Shown here: positions 55,874-64,000 of the stretch, piece after piece
Layout: each line of letters opens with the position of its first letter
How positions within the stretch are numbered: the first letter of the stretch is position 1
Origin: Trueperaceae bacterium
GTDB taxonomy: Bacteria > Deinococcota > Deinococci > Deinococcales > Trueperaceae
Assembly (NCBI GenBank): GCA_965215565.1
Contig: CBDCDZ010000004.1
Location: 32,001 to 96,000, forward strand
Length of the DNA stretch: 64,000 nucleotides
Direction of reading: 5' to 3'
Position numbers and translations under genes: made by a program
The notes under the pieces: generated by a model
The model's database searches: none
The model's input: only the letters and a program-made list of their open reading frames with translations
Told to the model about the DNA's origin: nothing

Positions 55874-56969
55874 ATGACCATGCAAGAACAAAGACAACAA
55901 CTTCTCGCCCTCCGGGGGTATCTTTAACGTCGCTGGCAAAGAGGCGCGGCTAGGAGAACTCGAGCCCAGACTCAACGACCCTAACCTCTGGAACGACCCC
56001 GACGAAGCCCGCAAAGTGACGCAGGAGTCCTCGAGGCTTGGACGTATCGTCGAGAGCTACCACCGCTTAGAGAGCGACATCGAAGGCTTAGAAGAACTCT
56101 ACGAAATCGCTTCTGAAGAAGAGGTGGCGGAACTAGAGGACGAAAAAGCGTCCATTCAACAAACTCTCGACCTGCTCTACCGCGAGACGCTCTTCTCCGG
56201 TGAGCACGATGAACGCGCCGCGATTGTAACCATCACGCCAGGCGCAGGCGGCACCGAGTCCTCAGATTGGGCGGGGATGCTTTTCAGAATGTACCGCCGC
56301 TTCGCGGAGCGCCAAGGCTTCAACGTCGAACTCTTGGACGCCGTCGGCAACGACGCCGCGCCCAACGGCATTGACTACGCCCAAATTATCGTGCGCGGCG
56401 AACGCGCCTACGGGCTCCTCCAAGTCGAGTCGGGCGTCCACCGCCTGGTGAGGGTGAGCCCCTTCGACTCGCAGAACCGCCGCCACACGAGCTTCGCAGG
56501 CGTCGAGGTGATGCCTGAAATCGACGACGACATCGAGCTGAACATCGACCCGAACGACCTCCGTACGGACGTCTACCGCTCGTCGGGTCCGGGTGGACAA
56601 TCGGTCAACACCACCGACTCGGCGGTGCGCGTCGTCTACAAGGGCGGCACGCCGGACGAGATCGTCGTGACCTGTCAAGACGGCAAGAGCCAGATTAAAA
56701 ACCGCGAGAAGGCGATGACGGTCCTTCGCTCCCGCCTCTTCGAACGCGAAGAGCGCAAGAGGTTAGAAGAGCAGATGAAGGCTCGAGGTGAACAAAAAGC
56801 CATCGAGTGGGGTTCGCAAATTCGCTCGTATGTGCTCGACAAGCAGTACATCAAAGACCACCGCAGCGGTGAGACGCGCCATGACCCCAATAACGTCTTG
56901 GACGGGGATATTGAGGATTTGGTGTGGAAGGGGCTCGAGTACAACGCGCAGCAGCGCGTAGCCGCGTAA
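55874..56969 (+). CDS. prfB: Peptide chain release factor 2 with programmed +1 frameshift
   Basis: [17 protein letters not shown] then CTT TAA C at 55922-55928; the +1 frame continues [13 protein letters not shown] into the 56016 ORF; SPF and GGQ motifs. Confidence 0.96.
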
Positions 56970-57000
56970 AACTAGAGGGTAAAAGTTAAAGAGGTGTTGA

Positions 57001-57031
57001 GTTTTGCGCAGGGTGAAAACTGCGCAAACTT
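57001..57031. terminator. Hairpin after prfB
   Basis: TTTGCGCAG-ggtgaaaa-CTGCGCAAA followed by ctttatt. Confidence 0.5.
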
Positions 57032-57043
57032 TATTCTCGAGGG

Positions 57044-58141
57044 GTGAAACATACTTCTTACCTCTTAAAAATTGTTGGCGTTACTGTTGTTGCGCTTTTT
57101 CTAACCCTCACTCTTGCTCAAAATCATCCCCTGGACCCTAAAAACGCTTCTGACTACGAGGCTTACCAATCAGCTTGGTTAGGGGCAACCATTGAAGATG
57201 TTCGGGAATGGCTCGAGAGTGGGGGTAACTTAAATGCTCGAGATAAGGCAGGACGGACAGCACTCATGAATGCTGTTTCCCTTAACAAAGACTTATCCGT
57301 AATCGCTATGCTCATAGAGCAAGGTGCTGACGTAAATGCACAAGACCTACAATTTGGACGCACTGCGCTGATGTATGCCGCTGCTGCTAACGACGCCCCT
57401 GATGTAATTCGATTGCTTGCCGAAGCAGGAGCGGATGTCGATACGTCGGATGTTTTAGGGCAGGCGTCATTACACATCGCTGCTCAACATAATAGCAGAG
57501 AGGTAGTTGAAGCCCTATTGGAAGCTGGAGCAGAGGCAGATGAGCGAGATTCGGACGGGAGAACAGCGCTTCAGGTAGCAATACTCAACTTGATAAACCT
57601 CTATTCTGACCCTGAAGTAATTTCAGCCCTTATTGACGCAGGAACTGACGTGAACGCTCGAGATTTTCAAAGGGAAACCGCTTTAGGGCTTGCCGCTGCC
57701 TGGGATGAAGCAGATATCGTAGAAATGCTAATAGAGGCGGGAGCTGACGTTAATGCTAGGCTCCCGACGGGAGCAACTGCGCTAATGCTAACAAGCGACC
57801 CCAATATTATTGATATGCTCGTCCAGGCTGGCGCAGACGTAGAAGCTCGCGATAACGAGGGGATAACAGCTTTGATTTCTGCTGCTGGGCTCGCTATGGA
57901 CGAAGCTGTTATAGCGCTTATAGAAGCAGGAGCAGATGTCAACGCTCAAGGACCATTAGGAAGAACAGCTTTAATGGAGAATGTGCAAGGATATAGCCCT
58001 GACACAATCCCGGCCCTTCTCAACGCAGGAGCAGATGCGAAGTTAAGAGATATTGAGGGAAAAACTGCGCTTGACTATGCCGAAGAAGGTTTCTCAAAAG
58101 GTACGGAAGCATACAGGCAGCTCGTAAAAGCGTCACGCTAA
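57044..58141 (+). CDS. Secreted ankyrin-repeat protein
   Basis: Signal peptide plus about nine GxTAL..LIxAGADVNA repeats; visibly more AT-rich than its neighbours. Confidence 0.93.
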   Translation: MKHTSYLLKIVGVTVVALFLTLTLAQNHPLDPKNASDYEAYQSAWLGATIEDVREWLESGGNLNARDKAGRTALMNAVSLNKDLSVIAMLIEQGADVNAQDLQFGRTALMYAAAANDAPDVIRLLAEAGADVDTSDVLGQASLHIAAQHNSREVVEALLEAGAEADERDSDGRTALQVAILNLINLYSDPEVISALIDAGTDVNARDFQRETALGLAAAWDEADIVEMLIEAGADVNARLPTGATALMLTSDPNIIDMLVQAGADVEARDNEGITALISAAGLAMDEAVIALIEAGADVNAQGPLGRTALMENVQGYSPDTIPALLNAGADAKLRDIEGKTALDYAEEGFSKGTEAYRQLVKASR

Positions 58142-58157
58142 CCTCATCCCAATCGCT

Positions 58158-58943
58158 ATGACCGAACAAACCCAAAAAGAAATCCAAACCCAACTCCTCG
58201 AGCTACAATCCCAAGGAGAGGTCAAAATCCTCTACGCCTGCGAGTCGGGCAGCCGCGCTTGGGGCTTTCCATCTGAGGATAGCGATTTCGACGTGCGTTT
58301 CATCTACCTTCGCCCGGCTGACTGGTACTTGTCCATCGACTTAGAGCGTAAGCGCGACGTGATTGAAAGACCGATTAGCGACCAGTTGGATATAAGCGGA
58401 TGGGATTTGCGTAAGGCGTTGCAACTCTTTTATAAGTCGAATCCGCCGCTGCTCGAGTGGTTGGGCTCGCCGATTGTGTACCTCGAGCCCTACGCAACCG
58501 CCGAGAAGATGCGCGAACTCGCCAAGACCTTTTACTCCACCAAAGCCTGCATGTACCACTACAGGCACATGGCGGAGGGCAACTACCGCGAGTATCTAAG
58601 AGGTGAAACGGTCTGGATTAAGAAGTACTTTTACGTTTTGCGTCCGATTTTGGCGATTCGGTGGCTGGAGCGCGGTCTGGGTGTCGTGCCGACGGAGTTT
58701 GAAACGTTAGTTGCTGAGATTGTCGACGACGCACAGCTTCGCAGCGATATCAACGACCTCATTAGGCAGAAAAGAAGAGGTGCTGAGCCGGCGAGAGGTC
58801 CGAGGGTTCCCTCTATCAGCACCTTCATCGACGCGGAAATCGAACGGCTCGCAGGTCAAACGTTCGACGCTTACGCACAAAAACCCGACAAAGAGGTCTT
58901 GAGCACCTTCTTCCGCGAAACGCTCCGCGACGTTTGGGCTTAA
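58158..58943 (+). CDS. Predicted nucleotidyltransferase (YcgL/RlaP-like)
   Basis: ESGSRAWGFPSEDSDFDVRFIY, DISGWDLRKAL and KKYFYVLRP. Confidence 0.88.
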   Translation: MTEQTQKEIQTQLLELQSQGEVKILYACESGSRAWGFPSEDSDFDVRFIYLRPADWYLSIDLERKRDVIERPISDQLDISGWDLRKALQLFYKSNPPLLEWLGSPIVYLEPYATAEKMRELAKTFYSTKACMYHYRHMAEGNYREYLRGETVWIKKYFYVLRPILAIRWLERGLGVVPTEFETLVAEIVDDAQLRSDINDLIRQKRRGAEPARGPRVPSISTFIDAEIERLAGQTFDAYAQKPDKEVLSTFFRETLRDVWA

Positions 58944-60301
58944 CGCTCATCCTCCAACAAATTCGGCTCATCCGACGCCAACTCCTCCTCAATCTGCGCG
59001 TCGAGCTGCGTATCCACCGACACGTCCGCCTGCGCCCCCTCTTTAACGGCGCTGAGCGAACGAGGCTCAGGCTTGGGCTCTGACCTCTTCTCCACCTCGG
59101 GCGAGGCGGCTTCTTCTAAGCCCTTAAAGTTGGGGACTTGCTGCAAGCGAACGTTCGTAATCGGCTCGGGCATCAAGACATCCGCCTCGTCTAGCGCGGC
59201 TTTTACCAGACGCACCGCTTCGCTGCGCACCTTGTAAAAATCCGCGTCGCGCTGGTCCACCCAACCGAAGAACTTGACGATCACGTTGAAGTCGCCGAGT
59301 TCTTCGACTCTAGCGAAGGGCGTGGGGTCGTTCATCACGCCCGTCATCGCCCTGAGCGCTTCGATACCCAACTCCTGCACATAGGTGAGGTCCTCCTCGA
59401 CGTCCACCCCGACGGTGAAGTTGAACTGGCGGCGCGGGTTGCGCGTATAGTTGACGATGACGCCGTTGAAAATCGTGGCGTTGGGGATGCGCACGTGGTT
59501 GCCGTCCAGGGTCATCAGCACCATCTCGCGAGAGGTCAAGCGAATCACCTTTCCCTCGTAGTCCTCGAGCCTGATTAGATCGTTCACCGCAAAAGGTCGC
59601 CGCAAGCTCATCAGGATGCCCGCCAGATAGTTCTCCACGATGTCGCGAAAGGCGAAGCCGACGGCTAAGCCCGCCACGCCCGCCGTGCCGAGCACCGCCG
59701 TTACGACTGCCGTCGCGCCTAAAATATCGAGCGCGAGCAAGAGTCCGACGAGGACGATGGCGGTGCGCACAAAGTTACGCAAGAGGTTTTGCAGGAGTGG
59801 GTTGACGCCCAGGCGGTTAAAAAGGGCGTCCCAGCCGCTAATCAGCCTTGCGAGCAGCGCGAAGAGCAAGACCATGAGGAGCGCGACGACGAGCAGGGGA
59901 GAGTACGCCAGCAAGTCGGTCAAGTAGCTGCGGATACGTGTCAGGGCAGGCGCGAGCGTCTTGCGCAGGTTGGTCTCTTGCTCCAAGTTATCCACCACGT
60001 AAAAGACGCCCTCGACGCGCTCAGCGAGGCTCGCCGCACTCTCTCTATCGGCGGCGTTGCGCGTCGTACCCGAAAGCTGCACGACGCCCCCGTCCACGCT
60101 GACTTGCACCTCTTCTAAGCCGGGGATGGTCTCGTAGACCTCTCGCAGACGCTCGGCGATAGCGTCATCTGAGGGGCCGTCAACGGAGACGGTAGGCTCG
60201 GGTTCTGCCGGTGTTTCTTGCGCGGTAGAGACGCTCGAGAAAAGTAGGATAAAGCAAGCGGGCAAGAATAGAAAGCGGGTTAGCGGCACAAGACTCCTCA
60301 C
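58940..60301 (-). CDS. MscS-family mechanosensitive channel with N-terminal BON domain
   Basis: VQVSVDGGVVQLSG (BON); GLAVGFAFRDIVENYLAG and IPNATIF. Confidence 0.9.
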   Translation of the reverse strand: MRSLVPLTRFLFLPACFILLFSSVSTAQETPAEPEPTVSVDGPSDDAIAERLREVYETIPGLEEVQVSVDGGVVQLSGTTRNAADRESAASLAERVEGVFYVVDNLEQETNLRKTLAPALTRIRSYLTDLLAYSPLLVVALLMVLLFALLARLISGWDALFNRLGVNPLLQNLLRNFVRTAIVLVGLLLALDILGATAVVTAVLGTAGVAGLAVGFAFRDIVENYLAGILMSLRRPFAVNDLIRLEDYEGKVIRLTSREMVLMTLDGNHVRIPNATIFNGVIVNYTRNPRRQFNFTVGVDVEEDLTYVQELGIEALRAMTGVMNDPTPFARVEELGDFNVIVKFFGWVDQRDADFYKVRSEAVRLVKAALDEADVLMPEPITNVRLQQVPNFKGLEEAASPEVEKRSEPKPEPRSLSAVKEGAQADVSVDTQLDAQIEEELASDEPNLLEDER

Positions 60302-60434
60302 AAGACTTCTCGGGATTCAGGCAAAGTAGCCCTAAGATACCTCGAGTCGCCCCTACCACTCCACGCTTCTTACTTCTACTTGCCTCCTCACGGCACACCG
60401 CGAAAGCGCCTTTAGCGCGTTAGGATGGTGAGCG

Positions 60435-61067
60435 GTGAATATCCTAGCCATCGCCGACGCCACCTCACCTTTCATCCACTCGGAGAGTTTCCCCAAGAAC
60501 TTACCGCCTTTCGACTTGGTGCTCTCCGCTGGCGATATGCCTGGTCACGTGTTGGAGTTCATCGCGACGAAAACGACGGTGCAACCCATCTACGTCTTGG
60601 GCAATCACGCCGACGGCTACCTCAAAAACCCCGACTTTTACGGCTCTCACCTCCCCGGCGGCTGCATCAATGTTCACCGCGATATCGTCGAAATAAACGG
60701 CGTCTTGATTGCAGGCTTTGAAGGAAGCGCCCGCTACCGCCCCGGACCGCATCAGTACACCGAGTGGCAGATGGCGTACTTCGTGAACCGGATGACGCCG
60801 CAGCTACTATGGAACCGCTACCGCTATGGACGAGCGGTGGATATTTTGCTCACGCACGCGCCGCCCAAGGGTCCGCACGAGGGCAAGGACTATCCGCACC
60901 GGGGCATTCCTGCCTTTAACCGCTTTGTAGAGCGCTGGAAGCCGACACTGCATGTGCACGGGCACGTTCACCTCAACGGCATCAATGAGTCTAGAGAATA
61001 CATGACCGAATCGGGTGTACGGGTAGTCAATGCGTACGAATTTACGATGATCGAGATCGACTTGTAA
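60435..61067 (+). CDS. Calcineurin-like metallophosphoesterase
   Basis: IAD, AGD, GNH, THAPP and HGHVH. Confidence 0.88.
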   Translation: MNILAIADATSPFIHSESFPKNLPPFDLVLSAGDMPGHVLEFIATKTTVQPIYVLGNHADGYLKNPDFYGSHLPGGCINVHRDIVEINGVLIAGFEGSARYRPGPHQYTEWQMAYFVNRMTPQLLWNRYRYGRAVDILLTHAPPKGPHEGKDYPHRGIPAFNRFVERWKPTLHVHGHVHLNGINESREYMTESGVRVVNAYEFTMIEIDL

Positions 61068-61246
61068 AGGTAGCTGTAAGGCGCAAGATGTACATGTGTC
61101 TACTCAACGAGGTACACCCATACCTGTTCATCTGTATAACTTCCTATGTTTATCCCGCCAAATCCTTCACAAAAGCTTTCTCTGACGTGCACCTTACACA
61201 TTCTCATGAATTCCGTTCTATCCTAAAGTCAGGAGAGGAGGTGCTC

Positions 61247-62155
61247 ATGAGCTACCTCGCGCAACGACGCGCACAACGAGAGGCTGAAAGGGTTCGCTCG
61301 AGAGCCTTCTGGCACAAGGTCTTAGACAGCTTGCGCGGCGTCGACAGCGACCTCTTACCCTTTAGCGCCGTGCAGAACCTCCACCCCAACGCCGAAAGCT
61401 ACGGCGGCACCAAAGCCATCCCCGTCGATCAGATTGTCGGCTCAGTCGACCGCTACCGCGACTTCGATCACTACTTTTTACCGAAAGTCAGCCACACCAT
61501 CGACCGCTGGGCGGGCATCCGTCAGGCGGGCCTAGAGGGCAAAGAACTCCCGCCAATCCAGGTCTATAAAGTCGGCGAGGTCTACTTCGTCAAGGACGGA
61601 CACCACCGCGTCTCGGTGGCGCGAAACGCCGGGCAGAAGTACATCGACGCGGAGATCATCGAACTGAGCGTCACCGTGCCGCCCGACTCCACGGACAGCA
61701 TCAAAGACCTCATCATCAAAGGCGAGTACGCGGGCTTTTTAGAGCAGACCAGGCTTAACCGGCTCAAACCCGATCACGAACGTATCCTCTTCACCGTGCC
61801 GGGGCGCTACGACATCCTGATAGGGCACATCAACACGCGCAAGTACTACTTAGGGCGCAACCTCCAGCGCGATGTGTCGTGGGAAGAGGCGGTCTGCTCC
61901 TGGCACGACAGGCTCTACGCGCGCGTCGTGGAGCAGATTCGCAAGTACGACGTGCTGAAACGCTTTCCAGGGCGGACCGAGGCGGACCTCTACCTCTGGA
62001 TCATGGACCACCGCTACAACCTCACGCAGCAGTTCGGCTCGGACGTCGGCTCGGAAGAGGCGACGAGGAACTTCGCGGACAACTTCGCGCCCGACTTCGC
62101 CACGCGCGCTTGGCAGCGCTTCGTGCGGAAGTGGCGTGGGCGGGTGCCTGACTGA
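61247..62155 (+). CDS. ParB-like/DUF4032-type protein
   Basis: QIVGSVDRYRDFD, YFVKDGHHRVSVA and FPGRTEADLYLWI; ATG 61247 after GGAGG. Confidence 0.75.
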   Translation: MSYLAQRRAQREAERVRSRAFWHKVLDSLRGVDSDLLPFSAVQNLHPNAESYGGTKAIPVDQIVGSVDRYRDFDHYFLPKVSHTIDRWAGIRQAGLEGKELPPIQVYKVGEVYFVKDGHHRVSVARNAGQKYIDAEIIELSVTVPPDSTDSIKDLIIKGEYAGFLEQTRLNRLKPDHERILFTVPGRYDILIGHINTRKYYLGRNLQRDVSWEEAVCSWHDRLYARVVEQIRKYDVLKRFPGRTEADLYLWIMDHRYNLTQQFGSDVGSEEATRNFADNFAPDFATRAWQRFVRKWRGRVPD

Positions 62156-62160
62156 AAGAC

Positions 62161-62307
62161 AGCAATGAGTAATCCCCTTTCGGGGACGAACGGTGAGGAG
62201 CGAGCAATGAGTAAAACCCTTTAGACTCGTTGCTCGTTGCTTTCAACTCATTGCTTTTAGCGCATCGCTGTCTTAGTTCTACAGCTACCACGCTCTACGC
62301 TCTACGC
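62161..62307. repeat. Heptamer tandem/inverted repeat cluster carrying a 21-nt insertion
   Basis: AGCAATG-type heptamers, inverse CTCGTTG/CTCATTG heptamers and CTCTACG x2. Confidence 0.65.
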
Positions 62308-62317
62308 ATGATAAGAC

Positions 62318-63340
62318 GTGGGTATGATTCAGAGCGATTATTTGACCGAACGCGGGGCGCGAATTGCTGAGGGAAGGGTCTCGAGCTTCTCAGACCTCAG
62401 GGATGAAGTTCACGCCCTTACGCAAAGCGCAGGGCTCGTTCCCCTCCTCAACACGACACCGCTTCGCCTCACCGGAACAGACCGTTTAGACTTCTTACAT
62501 GGACAAGTCAGCAATAGCGTCAAAGGTCTAAAAGCTGGCGAGAGCAACACCTCTTTGATGCTCAACGTCAAGGGGCACGCCCTCGCGCAGATGCGCGTGT
62601 ACCGCCGTGAGGATGACCTCTTCGTGGGGGTTGAGGGCGGCGCAGGTGAGTTTGTTCAGCGTGAGCTGAAAGCGCACATCATCTTCGATCAGGTGGAACT
62701 CGAGAATCTGTCTGACACCATCACCTCTTTCACATTACAAGGTGCGAGGGCTCAAGAGGTTCTGACCAACATTTTTGAAACCGAGTTGCCGAGTGAGGGA
62801 GTTTTTATCCAGCCTGCATTTGAAAGTGCCAAAGTCCTCGTCAGCCCCTCAAAACGGAGCGCGGCGGGTGGCTTTGACCTGCACGTGTTGAGTAGGGACG
62901 CGCAGACATTGTTTGAAAAGCTCGAGCAAGCGGGTATGGTGCCCGCAGGTGAAGACGCTTTAGAAGCCGTGCGCGTGGCAGCCGGCATCGCCTCGGCGTG
63001 GGGTGAAGGTGGCGAAGGGGCGCTGCCACAAGAGGTTGGCTTAGAGCACGCCGTGTCGTACCGCAAAGGCTGCTACTTAGGTCAAGAGATCATGGCGCGA
63101 ATCGAGGCGCGGGGCAAGCTGCGCAAAGGCTTGAGAGGGTTGACGTTAAGTGCGCTTCCCAGGAATGGCGCAAAAGACCTCTTGCTGAACGGAAAAAAAA
63201 TTGGGCGGCTCGGGACGGTTGTGGAGCATCCAGATTTAGGCGTGATCGGTCTGGCGAGTGTGCGTAGGGAGTTGGAAGCGGGGCGAGAGGTTGAGGTGGA
63301 CGAAGTGACCGCGACAATTACAGATTTACCTTTTATCTGA
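62318..63340 (+). CDS. ygfZ: YgfZ/GcvT-family folate-binding protein
   Basis: GTDRLDFLHGQVSN and KGCYLGQE. Confidence 0.9.
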   Translation: MGMIQSDYLTERGARIAEGRVSSFSDLRDEVHALTQSAGLVPLLNTTPLRLTGTDRLDFLHGQVSNSVKGLKAGESNTSLMLNVKGHALAQMRVYRREDDLFVGVEGGAGEFVQRELKAHIIFDQVELENLSDTITSFTLQGARAQEVLTNIFETELPSEGVFIQPAFESAKVLVSPSKRSAAGGFDLHVLSRDAQTLFEKLEQAGMVPAGEDALEAVRVAAGIASAWGEGGEGALPQEVGLEHAVSYRKGCYLGQEIMARIEARGKLRKGLRGLTLSALPRNGAKDLLLNGKKIGRLGTVVEHPDLGVIGLASVRRELEAGREVEVDEVTATITDLPFI

Positions 63341-63379
63341 ACCGATGCTCCCTACGAGACGAAGTCGGGTGAGGATTCT

Positions 63380-64000
63380 CTACTGCGCAGGCACCGCCCT
63401 CTCCCGCGCCCACGCCCTAAGCTCAGCGAGCGTTTCGGCGTAGGTTTGAGAGAGGGGGCGCGTGGACGCTATCTCACTGAGGAGCGTCTGCGCCGAGAGG
63501 TCCGTTCCTTCCGAGAACGCCGTGTAGAGCCCCGCGACAATCGCTCCTTCGATCTCCGCACCGCTAAACCCCGCCGTGCACTCCGCGAGCTTACCTAAAT
63601 CGAAAACGCGCGGGTCACGCCCCCTCTTAGAGAGGTGAAGCGCTAAAATCTCCCGCCGCGCCGCTGCGTCGGGCAGGTCCACGAAGAAAATCTCGTCGAA
63701 GCGCCCCTTGCGCACCAGCTCGGGAGGTAGCTTAGTGATGTCGTTTGCGGTGGCCACGACGAATACCTCACCGCGCCGCTCCTGTAGCCAAGCCAAGAAG
63801 CTCCCCAACACGCGCCCCGACGCGCCCCCGTCCATGTCGCTAGCGGGCGCGAACGCCTTCTCGATCTCGTCGATCCAGAGGACGACGGGCGACATCTTCT
63901 CCGCCGTTTTCGTCGCCCTCTCCAAGTTCTTCTCGGTTTCGCCGATATACTTGTCGTACATTTTGGCGGGGTCCATCTTGAGGAGCGGCAAGCCCCACGC
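63380..64000 (-). CDS. AAA+ ATPase (Ycf46-like), 5' end outside the window
   Basis: [16 protein letters not shown] and [20 protein letters not shown]. Confidence 0.9.
   Translation of the reverse strand, partial: AWGLPLLKMDPAKMYDKYIGETEKNLERATKTAEKMSPVVLWIDEIEKAFAPASDMDGGASGRVLGSFLAWLQERRGEVFVVATANDITKLPPELVRKGRFDEIFFVDLPDAAARREILALHLSKRGRDPRVFDLGKLAECTAGFSGAEIEGAIVAGLYTAFSEGTDLSAQTLLSEIASTRPLSQTYAETLAELRAWARERAVPAQ

Noticed and set aside
61192..61224. CCTTACA-N4-CTCATGA-N9-TATCCT as a fifth member of the island regulon
   Set aside because: Spacing is similar, but it lacks both the CTTTA and ACA consensus positions and lies far from the island.
1..64000. CRISPR array, tRNA or rRNA genes
   Set aside because: No regularly spaced repeat-spacer series or recognisable structural RNA was seen by eye.

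Overview
GC-rich bacterial chromosomal window, probably Deinococcota (Trueperaceae-like). This is inferred from TAnnnT promoters sitting 6-7 nt before ATG, a Deinococcus-style ATACGG..CCGTAT repeat and the short prfB N-terminus. From left to right: an ISAs1 remnant, an amidase, an ArsR regulator and a dead IS3; an operon of three large lipoproteins with cohesin-like, dockerin, malectin and PKD/Ig modules, two sharing an apparently identical 889-bp 5' end; LamG and beta-propeller pseudogenes; and an eroding copper/envelope-stress island. The island holds an orphan complex-I-like membrane arm (nuoA-H-J-K-L-M-N, no B/C/D/I/E/F/G), SHOCT proteins, an OmpR-type two-component system, DUF3105, cytochromes c, and ccmF and multicopper-oxidase fragments, and is interrupted by an SF1 helicase-PLD gene. 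Next come a sulfur/persulfide cluster (YeeE pair, SulP, MBL-rhodanese) with CsoR/CstR-type operators, a dead IS5-family element and vapBC remnant, and two S8 protease lipoprotein paralogs around cdaA-cdaR-def-fmt-der. The right end has prfB with a CTT-TAA frameshift, ankyrin, nucleotidyltransferase, MscS, phosphoesterase, ParB-like, YgfZ and AAA ATPase genes. Best candidates for new biology: (1) the Q-module-less complex-I membrane arm with a His/Met-rich NuoJ insert, a lengthened NuoL helix and altered NuoN charges, tied to a four-promoter regulon; (2) a cohesin-dockerin-malectin lipoprotein assembly; (3) 21-37 nt hairpin micro-insertions. All domain calls come from reading motifs by eye; no searches were run.
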